In this document: one piece after another, positions 38,149 through 44,839 of the stretch | Layout: every line of letters begins with the position of its first letter | Position numbering within the stretch: position 1 is the stretch's first letter | Assembly (NCBI GenBank): GCA_048213135.1 | Contig: PS015257.1 | Location: forward strand, 71,835-116,673 | Source of the DNA: Reclinomonas americana ATCC 50394 | Lineage: Eukaryota | Length of the DNA: 44,839 nucleotides | Reading direction: 5' to 3' | Translations under genes and position numbers: made by a program | Notes under the pieces: generated by a model | Database searches by the model: none | The model's input: only the letters and a program-made list of their open reading frames with translations | Told to the model about the DNA's origin: nothing

Positions 38149-38461
38149 ATGGGTGCACACCATGGAGTCGCCTTTTCCAAAAAGAACTTTGAAGTCGCTC
38201 TCAAGGACAGCCAACATCGCGGCACGAGCACTCGCCGTCGCCGCGCCAACTCGGTGCTCGATGGCCAGCAGCCGCGCGCGCACCACCACCACCACCACCA
38301 TCACCACCACAGCAGCAGCCGTGCAGTGGCGCCCATCAATGAGCAAACGGCGGCTGAGGCTCTGCCCGTTGCTGAGGGCGCACATCGCTCGCGCTCTCGC
38401 ACTCGCCCGCGCAGCGGCAGCCACAACCGCCCGCGCTCTGCCTCCCGCGACATCCCCGGAG
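38149..38461 (+). CDS. Probable first exon of an unidentified gene (His/Arg/Ser-rich), remainder in gap
   Basis: ATG-initiated open frame ending at donor G|GTCAGT just before the N run. Confidence 0.45.
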
Positions 38462-38896
38462 GTCAGTCAACAACACTTTTGTTTTCTTGGCGCGCNNNNN
38501 NNNNNNNNNNNNNNNNNNNNNNNNNNNNNNNNNNNNNNNNNNNNNNNNNNNNNNNNNNNNNNNNNNNNNNNNNNNNNNNNNNNNNNNNNNNNNNNNNNNN
38601 NNNNNNNNNNNNNNNNNNNNNNNNNNNNNNNNNNNNNNNNNNNNNNNNNNNNNNNNNNNNNNNNNNNNNNNNNNNNNNNNNNNNNNNNNNNNNNNNNNNN
38701 NNNNNNNNNNNNNNNNNNNNNNNNNNNNNNNNNNNNNNNNNNNNNNNNNNNNNNNNNNNNNNNNNNNNNNNNNNNNNNNNNNNNNNNNNNNNNNNNNNNN
38801 NNNNNNNNNNNNNNNNNNNNNNNNNNNNNNNNNNNNNNNNNNNNNNNNNNNNNNNNNNNNNNNNNNNNNNNNNNNNNNNNNNNNNNNNNNNNNNNN

Positions 38897-41518
38897 GCTT
38901 TGACTGGTGGGGAGGGCGATGTCTCGTCGAGCTCCAGGTCGTCGTCATCGTCGTCGTCGTCTCCCTCATCTTCGTGCTCGACCCCGTCGCGGAAGGCGCG
39001 ATTGCGACGACGGATGCGGACCCAAGGTGAGGCGATCCACTCGAGCGAGGGCGCGGATTCCATGCCACCACCACCGCCGCCGCCACTCGACGACATGTGT
39101 CGCAGCAGCCACACGTCGGTGGCCGAGGTCGAGGAGGAGGAGGAGGCGAGGGCGGCGGCGGTGGAATCGTCCGAGTGCGGAAGCGTGCCGATCGTGGTTG
39201 CATGTGATGCGGCGGCGGCAGCAGCAGACGCAGTACCCGCTGTGCCGGCCGTGATGGGAATTGTGAGACTGCGACTGGCTGGCACGTGCGCCAAGGCCTC
39301 CAGCCGAAGCATGTGGATGCCGGGTTCATGCAGCGGCAGCTCCACACGCAGGCGCTTATGTTCCCCCGCACCCGGCGTGATGACGGCCTCGCTGGCCACT
39401 GTGAGCGTAGTGTGAGTACGGGAAAAGTCAAAACGAGTGTGGTGGTGGTGGTGGTGCACACACCGGAAGCCATCTTTCCGGGCGCTCGGTGCAGCACGCG
39501 CAGCTGCGTGTAGTGTTTGGGCAGACGTGCACCATCCCATTCCATGACCAAGTGGTTGAGGGAGCCACGTGACACGACGCGCGCAATGTGCAGTGCCGAT
39601 TTCTCCGTGTGCTCCGCTGCGCAAAGAAGAAGAAGAGTGTAAGTAAAGCGAAATGCCGTGTCATCGGTGGAGATTGCACGCCTACCATGCTCGGTTGCTG
39701 CTCGTGCTGCGGCCACACTTGACGCTGCACGAAGCACGTGTTAATAATACGCAAGGGGAAACAGAGCACCTTGCCAATCAACAAACCCAGGCGAATCTCG
39801 TAGACGTCGTCCGACGGCCCAAAGTCATCCTCGCCGCCGCACAGCAGGCCGCGATCGGTGCCGAGCATGACCACCTGTTCGCCGAAACGACGCGGTGCCT
39901 TTCCGCGCCGCCACGAATGCTTCACCTGCGACCACTGCATGCCGTCCACCGACAGATAATGCAGATGCTCGCTGGCCGTCATGTGCACCGTCTCGCCGCC
40001 CACCAGCAAGAAGCCACCCTCGGCGACCTTGGTGAAGGAGGCGTATGCGACGGCCGGTGGAATGCGCCCAAGGAAGTGCACGGCACGCCATCGTTTTCTG
40101 TCTGCACAGAGGCGGATGCATGTGAGAGGAAGAAGAGAGCGCGCGCGGAAGGAAAAAACCACAAACCAAAATCGTACACGTGCGCTCGCGGTGCCCACGG
40201 CCACTCCGGCTGCATGCCACCAAACACGAGCATGACGTGGGGAGAGATCATCGCAGCCGCATGGCCACAGCGAGCCATTGGCGGTGTGCCATGCGGCTCC
40301 AGCACCTCGCTTGTGCGTGCTTCTGCTCGCAACGGGTGAGGCGAGGCAGAGATGGGGCAGTGGAGAGAGAGTGACGCAACCTATATCGATAATGTACATG
40401 TCGGCCAGGAGCTGCTGACCGTCGTAGCCACCAAATATTACCAGTTTGTCATGATACCTCACGCTGAAGAAACGCAGCGAGTGAGGAATGAAGTGGCAAA
40501 GGGGAAGGATTGGAACAAGGGTGAGAAACTCACCACGAGTGACCACATCGTGGAGTTGGAACCGCGCCTTCCAATTGTATGGCCTTGCATTGCATCTCGG
40601 TGGCACTCACTGCGAAGAGCATAATTAAAACAGACGACCCAAGACGCTCTCAGTTCCCTCTTCCCCTACTCCCTTCCCTCTCTCTCCCTCCTTCTTCTCC
40701 CTTCCTCCACTACATCCCTGATAAACAGACGACCCAAGATGATCTCAGTTCCTCTTCCCTTCTCCCTCCTTCTCCCTTCTCCCCCTTCTCCTCCCTTCCC
40801 CTTTACCCCTTTACCCCTTTACCCCTTTCTCCCCCCTCTGCTCACCATCCGCAAACTGCAACCACAGCGTCTCATTGCTGAACGCCCTCGGTCCCAACTG
40901 GCCACCCCACAGCACAAATCCACTGCCGCCGCCCAACTCCAACGCCGTCAACGTGCACCGCGCTCGCGGAGCCGGTGGCGCCTCACCCGCCTCCATCTTC
41001 CACGCCACTCGCCTTCTCTCATGAAACTCCGTGTCGATCACCATCAGGTCGTTGGAGAACGTGGCCTCGGTGTGATCCACTGCACGATCATTCACATCAG
41101 AGATCCGAACACACTATCTGTCACTGTGTTGTTTTCATGAAAGACCTGCATGACTGCTGTTGTGATGATGATGATGATGATCAGTGATCTCACACTCCAC
41201 TCGTGTTGGAGGCGCTCCCGTTCCATCACTGCGCTGGTGCGCATGTCGACGATTGGAGGTCGACGAAGACTTGTGCTCCACGTGCCCGCCAAACATGAGA
41301 ACGCGATGTGCGTCAATGGCCACTGCCACGTGTCCCGACTGTTGGCACGCGGGAGTGAGAGAGTGAGCAGGAGAGAGAGCGTGTCTTTTGTTATCAGCAA
41401 CTCGGAGAGCATCTGTTGAAGAGTCGCCTGTGTCAGTGGCGCCTTCTGCGGGGACGGAGTGCAGGGCGAGACGGCGAACGGATACGCGAGGCACACTGGC
41501 GCCGCACGCGTTGCCCAT
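38897..41518 (-). CDS. Kelch-repeat beta-propeller protein with N-terminal MGNAC motif (3' partial)
   Basis: Repeats RSGHVAV..VLMFGG, PRARCTL..VLWGG, PRCGHSC..VIFGGY, ARCGHAA..LVFGG, ..LLVGG, RRFGEQV..LLCGG; about 10 in-frame introns. Confidence 0.82.
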
Positions 41519-41930
41519 GATGGCGATCGATGAAAAAGATGCGATGGATGCGATCGGACGCGACGTTTTGTCGGAGAAGATGCCTCCAGGTGGACTGTGA
41601 TTGAAAAGTGCTGCTGTGTGCGTACGATCTGGATCCGAAGCCCGTAGGCTGTTGCAAACACGCGATTCTTTGACCAACAGTTACCTCCAAGTTGTCCTGC
41701 GAAGGATCAAGAGTCATAGATGCCAGGATCGATGCACGGCCGGGTACTGAGAGATGCACAAGGGTCAAAGGAGACAAGGGAATGGTCAACGAAAGCCGGG
41801 TTACCTCTGGGCGTATGATATGGGGATTTGTGGACATTTGTCGCATTATTGGAATGTGGTGAGTGTTTCATATAGGATCAGCCTCCCCTTTCCGCTCTTG
41901 TTGATTGTTGCTATTCATTCTATGTGATCC

Positions 41931-44659
41931 TTATGCCAGTTTCCTTGCCAGTTCACGATGCCGCCGGATAGCCACTCGCTTCGCTGACAGCCAGTATCGG
42001 AACACTGATTGGTGCACATGCGCGACGGTGAGATGACACGAATACAGTCGGTGTAATGCACAGCGACGCAACAAAGCACAAGCATGTAGACGTACGAGGA
42101 GATGGCAATGGCAACTGCGGAGCACGGTCAGCAACATCAGAAAACACAAGCACGCACAGAGAGCGAGGGCACGCACTGAGTGGAAGAGTGGCCGACGAGA
42201 CGCCCAGGGTGCACTGCTGGTCGCAGTCGATGGTGCCGGTGACGCCGGGAACCTTCAGCGTCGTAGCGTCGACTTTCTTGTGCTTGCAGATGCCGGCATA
42301 CGTGCGCGTCGGACTGCTACCGTCACACTCGTACAACATCGGCACAAAGTACGCCGAAATGTAGGTGGACAGCAGGAGGAACAACATTAACGTGGCGGCA
42401 ACGGCGTGGAACAGCGCGACACCTGCATAGGCAAATAATAAATCTCCTTCTCCACAGCGATGGCCATGCCGCATGTGCCACACACTCACCGAGACGGTTC
42501 TCCACGAACGCGACAGTGTAGTTCAACACGATGCACGAGATGAACAGCAGAAGAATGCACGCCGTGCCCACCATGAAAGTGTAGGCCACGGGGAGGTTGT
42601 TGAGCGTGAACGGTCTGCAAACACTGCTCTGGATAGTGTAGCCGGCAATAACGCCCTCTGTGAGCCACGGCAATGCAGTCAGTCCACCGTCTGATGAATT
42701 ACAGGGAGCAGATGAACGTACGATAATCGAAGCAGTGGACATTCGGGCTCAGCGTGAGGAACCACATGGAGACGAGCGTGAGGCCGAGTTTGGCGAGCGA
42801 CGTAATGTCCGACATGAGACCGAAGGCGTGGCGGAGAATGCCTTGGCGGATCTCCAGCTGCTGCACGGTAATCGCCAGCAATTTGCCCTCCTGTCCATCG
42901 TCGTCTTCCTCCTCTTCCTCTTGCCGATCTCTTGCCGCCGCCGCCGCCGCTGCCGCGGTTACTGCTGCTGCAGAGGGAGTCGCCACCACCGCCACCACCG
43001 TGTTTTCACTGTCGGCGGGCTGATTGATACCCGTAACCGTGGCAGCCACCACCACGGCATTGTCACCATCCAAGAGCTGATCATGATCCTTGGCACTCTT
43101 TCGCCGCCGCCGACACGTGCAGTCGCGCCAAAAGTCGGAAAACGAGCACTCCATGTCAGGCGGTATCTTGCGCTGGTACTCGAAGCCCAGGAACGCCACA
43201 TACAAGGCTGCGCGTGCGGTGAAGGGGGACAGGAACTTGTAAGGCGACATAGGAAAAGCACGATGAGTGCAAGTGTGTGTGCATACTCACAGGAGACAAG
43301 GAATGCGACGGAAAGCAGAAACACTTCGGTCGGCACAAAGGCCTGGCAGCTGTGAACATCAGAGTAAGAGAGAATGCGTTTCTTGCTCTCTGTTCGCAGA
43401 CTGCGTTCACTCACTTGCCGCACGAATAGCTGGTCATGCAGTTGTTGGTGTACGGACATATGGGCGTCTGACTGCCGTAGTAGCCCGCACAACCAACGTC
43501 GGCATAAATCTGCGTGACATTCAACGATAATATCAAGCCGGTACAGTTGGTGCTGGTAAACTGGACACGCGAGTGAGGGGCGATGTGCAAACAAAGAGAG
43601 GAGGAATGGTAACGGCGGCGACTCACCTTGTCCACATAGCACTTGAAGCGTGCCCTCAGGAACGGCAGGTAGTACACCAGCGAGTACTGTGCCACGCCAA
43701 ACAACGCCGACAACACCGTCACCGTGTATCTGCGATGAACAGGGATCAGATATCTTCTCCTTCTTCGTCTTGTGCCAACGTGCCACACGCAGGCGCTCAC
43801 CCGATGATGGTGGCGGCGGCCGCGAATGGTCGAAACGTGCGCAACAGAATGGCCGTCAGAAAGATGAGCTGATTGGCCACGGCCAGCACCACGTATGTCT
43901 CCATGAGACCGGCTGTGTCGTACACCACGTTGCAGTACTGCCGAGGGAGGAGGAGGAAGGTCAAGAATGAGACCAGGAAGGAAGAGGCTGGCTTCACCAA
44001 AGAGAGGAGAAGAGAAGATACCCGCAGTCACACAGACCATGAAGGTGCCACACAGGCCACGAAGAGACGGGAGACAGACACTATCACAGCCGAAGGAAGG
44101 AGAAGCCAGCAATCACCTCGACGGTTACCACACAGACCACGTAGAGACGAGAGACAGACACGAAGAACAGGAGATGGGAAAGAAGATAACAGCCATACCA
44201 AGCGTCTCCTCGACAACGGCAACACTGAGCACGGAGGCAGAAGAGACAGACAAAGCAACAGCCGAAGAAAGACAGAAAGAAGAGAAAACAGCTGGAACGA
44301 AGAAGCTAGCAATCACAAAGACAATGAGAGACCACGACGAGAAAGAGAGACACGCAAGAAGAACAAGAGAAGGGAAAGAAAGTGAGAGCCACCACGAATG
44401 AGGCATACAGGCCACTGACATTCGAGAGACAGATGCAAAGAACGCCAGTGGGGAAAGGAGATAAAAGTCACAAAGAAACCTCGACAATTGCAAAGACAGG
44501 TGAGCATACAGAGAGATCCTCCCTCTGCCTCCCCGTCTCTGTCCCTTCCCTCCTCACCGACGGCGAATGCTGCAGATCAGACCCAGAAATCGTCCGCAAC
44601 ACCGGCTTCTGCTTCGTATCACAAAACCCCAACGTCATGTCGGGGCACTTTACCGCCTC
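41931..44659 (-). CDS. Orphan multi-pass membrane protein with Cys-rich loops (5' partial)
   Basis: About 10 exons splice in frame, giving several hydrophobic helices (e.g. VVLAVANQLIFLTAILL, TFMVGTACILLLFISCIVL, ALFHAVAATLMLFLLL, LIAIAISSYVYMLVLLF) and ending RELARKLA*. Confidence 0.65.
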
Positions 44660-44839
44660 CTGATTGTGAAGCACGAGGAACACGGCCGCCGAAGACAGAA
44701 ACGACTTGGCCTGAGCGAGAAAGAGAGAGAGAAACAGAGAAGAGTCAGAGAGAGAGAGAAGGCAGTGGAGCGATGTGTTATGCAGCTTCTTTCAGTCTGT
44801 ACGTGAGTGTCAGCGTGCAGGCAACTCTCTCTCTCTCTC

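Noticed and set aside
41677-41850. U1 snRNA-like word order: TTACCT, GATCAAGA, ATGCAC, ATTTGTGG
   Set aside because: The flanks of the putative loop I do not pair, the 5' end is AGTTACCTCC rather than ACTTACCTGG, and no stem-loop IV follows. Probably chance; an Infernal U1 scan would settle it.

Overview
Gapped draft scaffold from an intron-rich, microsatellite-rich (GA/CA/GGA) microbial eukaryote, probably flagellated because it carries a BBS-type chaperonin. It uses the standard genetic code. Hand-splicing gives about 18 protein genes, several truncated by gaps or window ends. These are ribophorin I (OST1/RPN1), DENR/TMA22, a BBS10-like chaperonin, GT77-like and GT31-like glycosyltransferases, a large EGF + BNR-propeller repeat protein, a vWA protein, PARG, a C-terminally short Skp1-like protein, a peroxisomal enoyl-CoA hydratase, an SLC35 transporter, a Kelch protein and several orphans. 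There are also two identical tRNA-Asp(GTC) copies flanking a gap. The most striking signal is in the introns. At least 22 introns, roughly a quarter of those I could place, start with GTTGCG/GTTGAG, which is the local canonical donor (GTGCG/GTGAG) with one extra T. These donors lack +5G and, in 21 of 22 cases, also lack -1G. This suggests a common shifted-register 5' splice-site class. All gene models and family calls come from manual reading, without database searches.
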